DNA of 64,000 bases from assembly GCA_903813345.2 (NCBI GenBank), contig CAIIXF020000001.1:32302001-32366000 (forward strand), written 5' to 3'. The notes beneath the pieces are model-generated. The model was not told the origin of the DNA, made no database searches, and saw only the letters and a program-made list of their open reading frames with translations. Made by a program: the position numbers and the translations under genes. Positions 25,242-38,069 of the stretch are shown piece after piece. Numbering within the stretch: the first letter of the stretch is position 1; every line of letters starts with the position of its first letter. The DNA comes from Owenia fusiformis (Eukaryota).

Positions 25242-26534
25242 CACGGTGTATAACCCAAACGCTCCTACATGCACGACGGAGCGTTACATTTACGCGGAAA
25301 CGCTCCGGAGCGAAATAAAATGGCGGCTAATGAAGATTCTACTATGACCGTAAGTATTGTTTCTCTCGTTTCTCTTACATATCATATGTCATGGTGAAAT
25401 ATTATGTACCATTCGATGAACAATACCGTGAGCAAAGATCTTATTTATTCAACTTCTGGTGGTAAACTGTTATTTGCTTGATCAAAGCTCCGTAGTGTAG
25501 ATCGAACGAATCTGAAGATGACGATTTGACCACAAATTACGAATTAAACTAGTATTTCTATGAAAACGTTAATCTTTCTGTTTAAGTAGTATATCACAAA
25601 CTCGTATATTCTCATTTCCTAAAATCCCAGTCCAAATCCATTACTTGTTCTCGAGAAATCGCTTGTTTTCCTCGAAACGCTCCGTCGATTTAGACCACAA
25701 TTTTAGAAACGCTCTTACCATTTTGTTTTGATATCATTTTCAGATTATTAGAGAAGAGTTCCGAATCGAATCTATCTCTCAAAAACGTGTTGTACTTGTT
25801 AGGCAAATTGAAACATCTGAACCTGGTGGTGCTAAACGTGCAACTAGCTGATTAAAGCCTATACATTAGATGATGTCATGCCTACATATGTGCTAAATCA
25901 TAAAACTATAGAAAAAACGAAAAGTTATATGTGAATTAATCTTTCTTCTATTGATGCCAAGGGGTATAATAGATCTTTTCTTTCTCTTCCTGAAAAGGAA
26001 AGGCAAGCTATATATTTCCTTAACTGATCTAGACTACCGGAGCGTTTCCAATTCACTGTGTTAACCAGATCGGAGCGTTTCTTGAATATGAGAATGTCAT
26101 CATTTTTAAGACTGGATTTTCGGTCATCAAATCACTATTACGATAATGTATGGTGCGTTGAAGCATTGGGATTTGACTAAAATATACGTTGGTGTTCTAA
26201 TCTTGGCTCAACTAATCACATGTATCGACAAAAGGGGTTTTGACCGGTAGAATGACAAATACGTTTTTGAATTTTGATAACTATACTGCTTCGTACAGCT
26301 CTTCCTAATTGCTTCAAACGTCAACAGTCAGCCACGTACAACATGAATATCACACCCATCGAATGGTATACTCGAAATATGTAACTCATACCTCTTATTC
26401 CCATTATTGGGGAAATTGTCAGACGGCTCATCATTCCCGCCAGACAGTTTTCCTACTCCGGAGCGTTTCTTTGTTTAATTTCAGTAATGAAACGCTCCGT
26501 CGTGCATGTAGGAGCGTTTGGGTTATACACCGTG
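25242..26534. mobile_element. CACGGTG-terminal non-autonomous DNA transposon with 5-bp TSD (Transib/RAG-like signature)
   Basis: ATATT|cacggtgtataacccaaacgctcctacatgcacgacggagcgtt ... aacgctccgtcgtgcatgtaggagcgtttgggttatacaccgtg|ATATT; perfect ~44-bp TIR; many internal aaacgctcc motifs. Confidence 0.9.
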
Positions 26535-28131
26535 ATATTGTAACCCTGTGAATTTTATCATGAATTCTACCCGCCTACAATATACAACCTACCGCCGAGC
26601 AAAGACCCGAAGATGTCTGAAAATGTAGGGGATAAGTTAATAAACTCCTGTTTATACGAGGGTATATCATAAAGTTCTCATAATATCTCTCTAATTTTTT
26701 TATTTTTCAATATATTCTGATGAATTTTTCACAGAATGTGTAGTATAGAATGCTGCATTAATCTATCAAAACATATTTGGTATAACAGAAATATTATTTC
26801 AGAAATGGTTGCCATAGTAACCGGAATCAAGGCACCCGGGGCAAATAAAAAATCGTGCAAGAATAGCCCAAACTAACCATGTTTAAATGCATAATGAGTT
26901 ATCAAATAAGCTATGAAACACATAAAATTGTTAAATGGCATGTGTTCTTGACTGTTTTGAGCTATTATAATGGTCATGTGAATTTTGTGATCTCATAATG
27001 TTGCGAACTGATCATTTGGTTCAATAACAATCAGACATAAAACTTTGGGTTCATTTGTAATGGCGTTTATTCTCACTCTCTATAACCCGGATGTACGTAC
27101 TGGACGAAACGTTTATCAAATGACAATCCCGGGGATTGTTCACACTTTACACGTATATCATTACAAATGTATGATTGTAGTGCTTCATTAGAAGTGATAT
27201 TAGACACTACAGCTGTTTTGTAAAATATTCCAAGGAAAGTCAATTTTCTCTTTTAGTTCTCAATATGAGAAATAGATAAAACACAGAATTGTTTGTAACC
27301 GATATAATTGTTGTACCAGGCACTCATGTTTGCAGAATAATGAGTACTTAATGCAATATTTACTATCAAATCTCTAAATTCAACGTCTAAATATTAGAAT
27401 GATGTTTTACATCTTAAATAAGTAAGAACCATGACTATATTTACTCCATTTGATTCAAAGATACAATAAGTGCAAATATATCACATTTGTTTCACTGCCA
27501 TACGTTGCATATCATTGAAATCACCGGTGAAAGTTGAAAATGAAAGACCCGATTATACCATGAGTACGATTCTATAGGACCCGATGCTACCGCCTGAGTA
27601 TTCCGATTATACAGTGAGTAAAACCCGATGAGGTAGTGAGTAAGCTTTCGGATGATCATATAATAACATGAAGTATATCACAAATATTCCTGTTAATATG
27701 ATATAATTCCCGCAGCACTATACGTCAACGTCTGTGTCCCGCGAAGTTCTTTAAAACATTGAATTCACGCCTGCAAGACCATCTTAGTAACGATTCTAAC
27801 CATCCAAGGGAATTGACAGTGGCCCAATATCACCCTTATTGTCCATTTTCCCTGAGATGTACTTTACCAAACATTTGTTTGTGCCATATACAGCTCATTG
27901 TTTTGTGGTATTTCGACGCCAATAATGTTACGCTATAATTGTCCCCAGTTTCGTGCGACCTGTACATATGAAACATCAAATTGTATCATTTTTTATTCCG
28001 CCGTATGCTATGAATTATGGATTTTTGCTACTTCAGACTCAAAACGAGGCTAAGTGTCAACATCGCCGCCGGGATCGTTTGGAAAATTCGAATTTAATCA
28101 CTTAATTTCCGACGATTCTGATGAACATCCT

Positions 28132-28258
28132 ATGATTTATGAGTGATATGATTTTATTAATCCACTCATGGATATTGATATCTGCACTCTCTCGCTACGC
28201 TCGCTCGTGCAGATATCATATCCATTCGTGGATAAAAATCATATCACTCATAAATCAT
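28132..28258. repeat. Long hairpin with ctcgctacgctcgctcg centre
   Basis: Arms atgatttatgagtgatatgatttt / aaaatcatatcactcataaatcat, plus an inner gatatctgcac / gtgcagatatc stem. Confidence 0.85.
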
Positions 28259-28766
28259 TTGATATCCTCTATCTATTATGCACCTCATTAAAATACTCAA
28301 ATCTGATTGGTTCTTAGTTGCTTGTAATTTGGCAATACTCTGCTCTTTTCTTAAAACTGCCGGATCTTTTTTTAATATCTGACCCTTTCGAGAAAAAGGG
28401 TCGGATATTTTTTTCAATGTTTTTGCAACATTCCCACTTCAGAGTTTTATTTCTTAATAACTGGAGTACTACTTAAAGCTTACATCTGAAACTGGCGGAA
28501 AATAGAAGAAAAAATGCACTTAATCAATCACAATTACCCTTATCATTCAAAAGTTACATATATTTCTGCAAGAACGTCTCGAATAAATAAAAATTAAATT
28601 CCCGGGGCAAATATTTTCGTCCAGTGTAGCGAATAAACTGGCCGGAAGTTGTCTGAGTTTTGAAAGAAAAAATAAATAAATGTCGAAAATAATGTCAACT
28701 AAACGACAGTTTAAGCCTGTACTCCAGTAAGTACTCCACTTAACTTTGATTGGGAGGTGGATAATA

Positions 28767-28911
28767 AAACAGATACTGGATGATCAGGAGCTGGATATGG
28801 CCAGAATACCTATCCTCCAAAAAATATTGGGCTCGGCTACCGCCTCGCCCAATATTTTTTCTCGAATAGGTATTCTGCCATATCCAGCTCCTGATCATCC
28901 AGTATTTGTTT
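28767..28911. repeat. Long hairpin with ctcggctaccgcctcg centre
   Basis: Arms atactggatgatcaggagctggatatgg / ccatatccagctcctgatcatccagtat, plus inner aaaaaatattgggc / gcccaatatttttt. Confidence 0.88.
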
Positions 28912-31900
28912 AATATTGCCCTTAGAAATGACGTTATTGTACTATTAACACTCGGGTTACCGCCCTTGGTCAATATGATATATTTTTATTAGTCAATATC
29001 ATATTTTACCTCGGAATAAAATTCATATTCCATCCTTCCCATTAAATAACCTTTATGTACATTGTTTCTCTGAAGCTGCAACAATAAAATTGGTGAAACT
29101 ATAAATTGAACGAAAATATGCTCTTTTATTTATATTAATTATGTTTTCTCCTTAAACAATCGACATACCTTTCTTTAATTTTAGGATACACTTAACCACT
29201 GTAGTTGTGATATATTATGCAGAAATCAGTACTATAGCAAATATTGAATTGATGTGTAAGAATGATAATCTAATACTCCCCTCAAATATTAATATTTCGT
29301 CCACAACCTAATACGACACAGATGTGAATTGATGCTACATAAAGTCATCTTTCAGAAAAATATGTTTAACAGTCTTAACAAGTGGCCCTCTGACTTCCCA
29401 AAATGCTTGCTGGTGACTCGCCTATATATCTTTTATTCCGAAACAATCTTAATTGATAGAAATATCAAAAATGCTAACTTCCCGGTAACTGATTGGTTCG
29501 GAGACATATTAAACGACATAATCGGTCTAATGAACCGTGTACAAACTTTTGAAAAGCCCAAAGTCTTCATGTTGGATCGATTAAATGCTTGTTTTGCACT
29601 CGGGTATTTTCGTATTTCTCTACGATTTCCCCTTTTATGGCTTATTCTATATACCTTTCAATGAGATAAATGAGAGCATAATATACATACACGTCGTCGT
29701 GATCTGGAACCGAGATATCCGTCTACTTAAGTCAAATACCACGACTTTGCTATGAATGTTTCATGTTTTTACTTGACGTGAGACAATAAGATAGATACGA
29801 TAAATAAAAAACAACATGGAGAGATGATGGTATTAATTGCAATAGAAGTTTTTTCACTAAAGTGGTCTAGGTATGTTAAAAGATGTCGGATGTGAATCTT
29901 AAACTAAGAACTGGAGTTGAGATGTTCACCGTTGGGAATTTAATTAACGTTCCAAATAGATTATCTTTATATATATGTCTAAATAGCTTATATGTAAACT
30001 TACCGTGCCAAAGATGACAATTTTTATGTATTTATTTTCTAAGTATTGGTATTGTGCAGGTAACGGTTATTTGCGTTAGAGATAATGAGAATAGGAAGAG
30101 AAAATGTGTTGATACTAAAGCTAGTATCGGTAAACATAGTCAATCAGAAGGTACGTTGAATCAATACAGTGAGTATGGTATAGGGCTTGATCACATCTTA
30201 CTAAATCCGGCTCCTTTGTCTGCTATGTTAATCTGTATTCTACGAATCCTGACCTATGGAATGTTCTAATGTAAGGTGGATATTGCATGAATAATGAGAC
30301 CATCGCTTTGCTAATGGAGCTTTATGCAAATATTACAAAGGAAGATCCCAAGAGAGCAAACACGGAAAACTTTGAGAATTGTTATTCTCCACATTTTTCT
30401 ATCCTTCTTTGTGCCATTTAGGCGAGTCAATTAATGTAAAACAGACCAATTAGTGAATGAATATTTTTGCAAATTTGCTTTCATCCATCCACGATTCCTC
30501 TCGGTTTCCCATTGACATGGACATAACCTGTTTAGGACATAATCACCAGATAATTATCAACTAAAATCCTCAACAAATTTGACAAATTTCGATTGGGAAT
30601 TGGCCACTTCCCTAGGGAAGTATTTTGAAGGCTTGACGAATGTACAGCATTGCTTAGTATTGTCAGATATATCACTAAAATATTTTAATCAAAACTTATT
30701 AAGCTCTCTTGACATATGTAATGGATAGTTCATGGCTTAAAATGAGATTGCGCGCACCTAATAGATGGTATATGGGACATCTCATAGTGCCACGGGGTTG
30801 ATGTGTCAAGTCAGACAGTAATATACATCATCATTTCCTGCTTTATTATAAGTTATGGCATGAAACTAATTTAGTAAAATGGCAAATAATAAGGAACATG
30901 ATCTTGCCTCGATGTTAATAATTATCTATTCCAGTTACAAGTATAGGCAAATATAATGGCCATTGTGACGTGTCCATGATATTTTACGCCTGTTTCTAAT
31001 TCCAGTGATAAGAGTTACAATCTCAGGGAAACCTAGGAAAAGACATCGTATTTGTCTCAAAGCATAATATCTTTTAATTTTTTCTGGTTCATAGATATTT
31101 GTACATTGTGGGCTACCACCATATAATGACATCAATTCACAAAAAGATACCTGTCCACTTTACTCGTTCGTTCGTCCGTCTCCTTTTATAATCTCAAATG
31201 ATCCCTAACAATCGTCCAGAGATAAACTGTTATTTTTGCCAATCATTATTTTCTTCGGAAAATTTAGTTTTCATCTATTTTAGACGTACAATTGCCATAT
31301 AAATATACCAATGTATAGCAGCAAAATTATGGGCAGTAATCTAGGATGAACAATCTTCCACAAAATGGCCGTTCATAATTGTTGTAAAATGGATATTAAA
31401 TAGTTGTGGGTTATTATATTTCCGGAAGGACATATATAAAACATTAGTTTGGACCACTGATTAATACAACGTGAAATTAACATAGCAGATCATTATAAAA
31501 TCGTTCAACTCAGTTTTTACATTGTGATGAAACGTCAACTAGTGCTATCTGATATTCTTATATTGCTGAGCAATATCACGACGTCAGATTAATTCCGAGT
31601 TACAGTAGTTGATGTATTTCAGTTGATTAATGAGATCCAAAGACGGTGGCCAGATATCAAGCTCAATTGCTCTGTCGAGAAATTGTGATTAAATGCCCAT
31701 CATTGATATTATGCTACCTCTAGTTAAGGTCGATGAATAGTAGCCATAGAGAACGCAGACTCCTTTTAAATTCCAATGTTAATTTCATCAGAAGACCAAA
31801 TTTTATACCTTGAAAATACAAGATGTAACGATATCCAGTTTACCATCCATCTGCCATTAAGGATGCCCCGAGTAATAATCAATTCGATTTTTAATCTGCC

Positions 31901-34900
31901 ATCAAGACTTTTATAACGTATGTTATTAATAATTGATCCTGTTTTGATTACTTTTGTTTTGTTCACAAAATGTACTGGAGCAACAATCGGGGATATGCTA
32001 AAGCGTTAAACTACATTCAGAAACAAATTGATCAAAGTATAATTAATTGTTTTTTATCACGCTACGTGAACTGGTTTAGGTTACTTATGGTAATTAATTG
32101 TACTGCACGAGGACGTGTAACATGTAGTCTGGATCTCATTTCAGCAAGTGAATCCACGTGTCATAAGAACATTGGAACACAGACTTATTATATCGCTAGT
32201 AAAAGACTGCATAGTCAGCTTCGCAGATAAATTGAAGAGCTTCCCAATGGCCTCAATTAGTAAACCAATATGGCAGAAACCAATTACCGCAAAATTTAAA
32301 TTAAGACACAGTAAAACTGCAATCAGTGGCAAAACAATCATGCTATGCTCCAAAGAGACCAAGTTGATAATTCTACGGAGAAATGATTGAAAATTAAATC
32401 CAGGTCTAACCTTTGGATCTAATTGCCGTCTCAGCTGGAACATGTTGATTTGATCCTAGACACAAAGCAACAAAGATGATGTAGGATATCACACGTCACT
32501 GTATGTAAAGGATCTTTTTACTCTTTCTCTGTCTCACTAGTAACCTCATTCTTTACGCCATTGGTATCACTACAGACATCCATTGAGGTCTCTCTGTCGC
32601 CTTGTGCAATACTGCCTGATGACATTAAGGTGTAGTAACTAGGTCGAATACGTGTATTCTCAAGCAATAATATCCCGCTATCCTATTATTTACCCAAGAA
32701 TACGCGCACTCAGCCAAGTTTTAAGGAATCTGATAGGTCCGCAACTTCTACAATACAAACATTATGACAATATTTAGAACATTTAATTATTAGTTTGGGT
32801 AGATTTTTGTTTTGATGGTCGCGGTTCATTCGTCAAGCTAGTATGCATGGTTGTTCGAACATGACTACAGAATCAGGTTGGGGGAATAATTCCAATAGCT
32901 CTTCCTTTCATCCCGGTGGCTAGATCATAAAGGCCTTAATGACATACAAAGTCGGGAAGGCATAAAGGCAAAGTGCGGTGGATCGCCATAAATCAACGCT
33001 TTGTATAGCGAGAAGGCATTAGACTAGCTCATTAGAGATGTCGATGCGCCTTGCAATATGCTAGTTGAATTAATAGCTGCTCCCACAACAAAGACTTCTT
33101 ACGCACAATACACATTCAAAAATGCAAGCCAAGAGATGTTCAAGAATGCATCTTAGATAAATACCCTTTGTGTAATATTTGAGGTGATGAAAGAACCGAG
33201 CAATATTGTTCAGTACGCTCAGCTACACCTACACGATATCTTGACACACAACCGCAATAACGTAGACGAAGATGAAGAATAATGTATAAACTTCATTTCA
33301 TGTTGATCTGTCGATCCTCTCTTGCCATAAAATGCATGTCTGACCTTATATCCCACTTGACAGCCATTTTTCAATCAATTTGTCAGAAAGTGGCGATATG
33401 CACTGGCCAATTCTAATTATGTTTTCTATTTTTTGTTATCTGTTAACTCTATTTAATTGTGTTACTGTCCCCTCGTGTGTTCATAACAAATGTTTATTAC
33501 TCCCCACTCGATAACGACTTGTCCGATTCACTTGAAGCCTTAAAAGGATACTTTTTGTCATTTAAACACATTGTTGCAACACCTTCCCTTTCAAAAAAAA
33601 TGTTGGCCTTTATTTGGCCTTACATAAGCACTTTTTAAAACTGAATCATGGTATGAACATTCAACATGAAACAAACGTCGATCGTAAGTTCAACTAGAGT
33701 TTTTATTGTTATCTAGCATTTTCACTTTAAAATGTGTTCCAATATGGAACATTCCAGATGACTACCACTCTAATTGAAAGTATATACCACATTATATATT
33801 GCCATGTGTCAACAAATGGTTGGTGTAATAACGACGACCTAACTAACTGATACAGAGATACATGAGCCGCGATACCACACCTAGCTGTCAAATGTTACAG
33901 GTAACAACCTACATATCCTCTACCTATACTGCCTTCATAAGTTTTATCATGGCAACCAAATGCAAATCAACAAGTCAAGTGAATATTTTATATATTAGGG
34001 TACATATAAAATGCAATCGTGACATAACCGAGTTACCAAGCATTATCTGTTACTTTATCTATTCCTTTGCGTGTATCAATTTTGCATTGTATTCATTTCC
34101 ATACTGTTCCATACGCTTTTGATATGCATCATAATGGAAGCGGCTTCGTGAAATAAGTTGAAAGCCAAAAGAGAAAATAACTAATGAAATTCTGAAGGCG
34201 ATTGAACGTCTGGAAAAGAATGGATAAGACTAAATCACTACATAGTAAATTCGTTACACATTCCCCTGACTTAATAATTGTTCATCCAGAATACAAACTC
34301 TGATCAAACTAATTTTATTCAGGTTTCCGAATAATTAATCATTACAATGGGCTTACAAAACTTGATTACACCATTGGAAAATATATTCCCTAAAACGAGA
34401 AATTTCCATTATCGTCAGTGCAAAAGTATCATAAAATAGGTATTATATGCAAATGAGGAATATCGTAAGGATAACAGGCTGTCTGTAGTGAAAATGTTAA
34501 AATGTGTTTTAGGTGCTATGAAATAAAGGCGGATATGCAACTTTAGGGGGATTTTACGTCGTATTACAATATGGGAAAGGTATTATTGATCAATGAATTA
34601 AGAATATGCTCCTTACGTTTGGTTCAAACCCCATTCAAACCCCTTATGGGTTTCCCGAACACTTACAAAAGCCATTGAGAAAATTTAGAAATGTGTCCTG
34701 AATTAAAAAACCTTAAGCTTATGTGTGTACGAATTGAACTCAATACCCCAACGTAATAGCTATAGACTACCGTCAGTATTCACATGAAGATGTTCTTATA
34801 ATATGTATATCTAAATAGTACACGGACACCGGTAAACGTTAGAACAGTTGTAGATTTCATGTTCAGCTTTCACTCAGTCTTGAGGGTTCACCATAAATGC

Positions 34901-36369
34901 TATGCTTGGATTGTTAGAGTGTAGTTTTATTTTTGTCATATATCAAAAGTCTATAATGTCATAGTTTTAACGAATTATTCTTGGTAATAAATTTCAATAT
35001 GTGTTAATAATAAACGGCATACAGAGAGCAGTATGAGGAAGATCGGTTCACTTAATGGCCGGGATGAGACTCCCTAGACGGCGTACCCATAAACTAACAA
35101 CACCGCACATTGGCAAGCTTTAACAGTTCCAGCCATAGACGACAACAGGAAAAATTGAGTCACGCATTTGATTTATCAAGGCCTGTTTTAATGTTATCAT
35201 GTTAGTAATAGCCAGTAGAATCCGTTTATATTCGCTGGCATGTTAATAGCTTCATTTGTATGCATGGTTGCGACCTCATCAGTTGTTTTAGAAACATCGG
35301 GTTATCAGGAATGGACACCGAGCTAACATGGCTACAGGCGGTCTGAGAGGTATAGAATTCAATTAGTGTTTGTACTGAAGTAACTTTGCAGGTGTTTTCC
35401 AGTAACAATCACAGTCATGCAGGTAGTCTCTCAGACACATTATCATGACAGGTAGAATATTACTCTTCAGTATTAATTCCCCCATCTAACGCACTCTAAT
35501 AATAATCGACAAAACACTATGGGGATTACCAGACTGAAAGCTCGCTAATATAATAGATTAAATGTATCAGTGTTTTTTTTATAACAACGAAATACTGTAT
35601 AACATACAGACAATGGAAATTTAAGACTTGTTATACTTGTTATACCATGGATCGGAAAAATACATTTCAGCAGGTCTAGAATCTACTATTCGAAATAACT
35701 TAAAAATTCCACCGATGCATCCTTCAAGATCGGTCCTTCACTGCTTTCATAGCAGTTCATATGGAAAGAAGTGAAATACCCTTGGTCCTGATGAAGAACA
35801 TAGTTGAATGAGACCACTACTTAGCACATGCAGTGTTTTCTGGCAATGTAACTGTATATCATTCAAAACAAGCTATTATATATTTTGCATGCGCGGGCAC
35901 TGCAGCATGAGCCACACTGTTGAAACAAATAGATCATTTGGTCATTATGCTTATTGATTTCAGTAATCTTTTAAGAACAAAACGAAATTAATGGCGGGTA
36001 CCTAGACGTATTGGGAAGTTTCTCCGGTTTTTATTTCTACTCGATTTATTTGGAACAAAAATTAGTGTACAGTTCTGGATTCTGGTGTAAACTAGATTTA
36101 CAACTTAACATGCTGCTAGTAGAAGATGTTGATATACTATACCCCCATACTGTATCCTGTATTCCTTTAATAGAAATATAGGCGACAGCGAAGTTGCAAA
36201 TGGAGGACGTTTGTTTATTTTCATAGTTCTGAGGGTATACTAGATTTTAAATATATTCCAAGTGTTCTACTATATATTGTTAAGATTCTTCGAGCAGTTT
36301 GCAACGTATTATTACAAAAAAGCCCAATGGACAAAGATAGAGAATACCCGCTCCATTTGCAACTTTACT

Positions 36370-36530
36370 CATAGGCGTAGCCGTGGGGGGGGGGGGGGGG
36401 TCGATGGGTGCGAAAATTTTGAAAGAAGTTGCATCAATTTTTGTAAAATTCAAAATATAACTCATTTTTTGGCTTGTTTATGCCACCCCCCTGATCACAC
36501 ACCCCTGGCTGAAAACTGGCTACGCTCCTG
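36370..36530. mobile_element. Degenerate poly-G MITE with gcgtagcc termini
   Basis: cataggcgtagcc-(G)n ... ggctacgctcctg; same layout as 42705-42916; TSD not recognisable. Confidence 0.55.
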
Positions 36531-37083
36531 TAACTGTCGTCACGTGGTAGGGTAAGTGTATATGGCGGCCAGAGAGCGAATGAGCATATGATACGAGAAT
36601 TTAGGGGAATAGGCTTAGAGATGAAGATGTCCAAAGATCTTTGCAGAATACAGATGACAATTACCGTTCTTGAGGCTCAATTGTTCAGATAATTTACCAT
36701 CTTGATCATTGTCTTGCTGATTGGAATCGTTGCTTTTACTGGCGCTATCTTGTACACAATCTTGTTTTCCTTAATTGAGGATTTCTTGCCTTAACATTTT
36801 CAGAACATGTGCATTATTAACGTTTTCAATCAGATCAGTTAAATCATTGGTGATCTCGAAATATCTGCAGACGATTCATATGTTTCTCAATATGCATGAG
36901 TTTTGTGTAACGTTAATATCAGAAAGAATAATGACTGATAAGGTATGACATGTAAACTACTTATTTCCGGTATTTTACTCTGTAATTCTGCACCTTATAA
37001 ATGCATAGCTTAAAATGTTCCACATAGCAGACAAGACAAGACAACCTTCCACATGTATTTTTCAAGTGAAAATATTGCATATA

Positions 37084-38069
37084 CGCGTGTCCAAAAAACA
37101 GGACCGTAAGAAAGTTGAATAACCTGGTCAATTTTGCATATTTTGCCTAGAAATTTCAAAATTATTTAGTTCATTCAATGTAAATTTAGTTGTGAAAGTT
37201 GATAATAATCTACCAATTGAGTCAAAAACTACAGCTCCTAACAAAACATGCCCCAAATGTGCACCTCTCCTCTCTATGCACAATTCAAGCCGGCGAACAA
37301 AGTTGTTGATGATCCTCCTACACACATGTCTTTCTGAATGGACCAGTTTGTTCCAAGAACAATTGCTACTGGGGCTTACATCCTCCTGATGAAGTGTTAC
37401 AGCATCTATTGCATTCTGAACAATGCACTGCCTGGGTGGCAATGAGGAAACATGGAATTATCAGTCCTTTTTGGTTCGAATGTGACTGGGGATGTGCTAT
37501 CACCATGAACAAGGACCAGTAAGTTCTCACTAAGTTTTGGAGGTCACCAAGCACCGGAAGGGACATCTAATAAGGAGATAAGCAGTGGTTTCAACAAGCC
37601 AATACCACCCCAACACTGCAAATGATATGCTGAAATGGTTTAGGCAATGCTTTGGTGGTCAGCTCATCAGTTGCAGAACGCAAACCATATGGGCAGCTCA
37701 TTCGCCAGATCTAAATCCCCCAAATTTTTATCTTTGAGGATTTCTCAAAGCCAATGTGTATACTGACAGGCCCCTAACAATCTTAAGGGGCAATAACTAC
37801 CCCAATATTTACCATCCACATTAATGTGTATAGGTCAGGGTCATTAACAACTTTGTTCGCAGGATTCGTTTGTGCATAGAGAGGAGGAGTGCCCACTTTG
37901 AGCATGTTTTGTAAAGTACTGTAGTTTTTGACACAATAAACAGATTACCATTAACTTTTCAGAACAATTCACATTAAATGAACTAAACAATTCTAAAATT
38001 TCAAGGCAAAATATGCAAAATTGACCGAGTTATTAAACTTTCTTACGGTCCTGTTTTTTTGACACCCTG
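37084..38069. mobile_element. Tc1/mariner-derived palindromic element with a DD41D-like transposase remnant
   Basis: TA-flanked gtgtccaaaaaacaggaccgtaagaaag TIRs. The + strand at ~37586-37770 reads WFQQ..TP/TANDMLKWFRQCFGGQLISCRTQTIWAAHSPDLNPPNFYL*GFLK; the - strand left arm reads IINNFVRRLELCIERRGAHLGHVL. Confidence 0.88.

Noticed and set aside
12663..26534. Intact RAG1/RAG2-like or Transib coding sequence in the CAC-ended elements
   Set aside because: No long ORF or recognisable RAG/Transib motif is visible; the assignment rests only on termini and TSD length.
26657..26860. TA|cgaggg mariner-like left end
   Set aside because: No matching right TIR found. Similar orphan caccctg|TA ends at ~50890 and ~57410 were also left uncalled.
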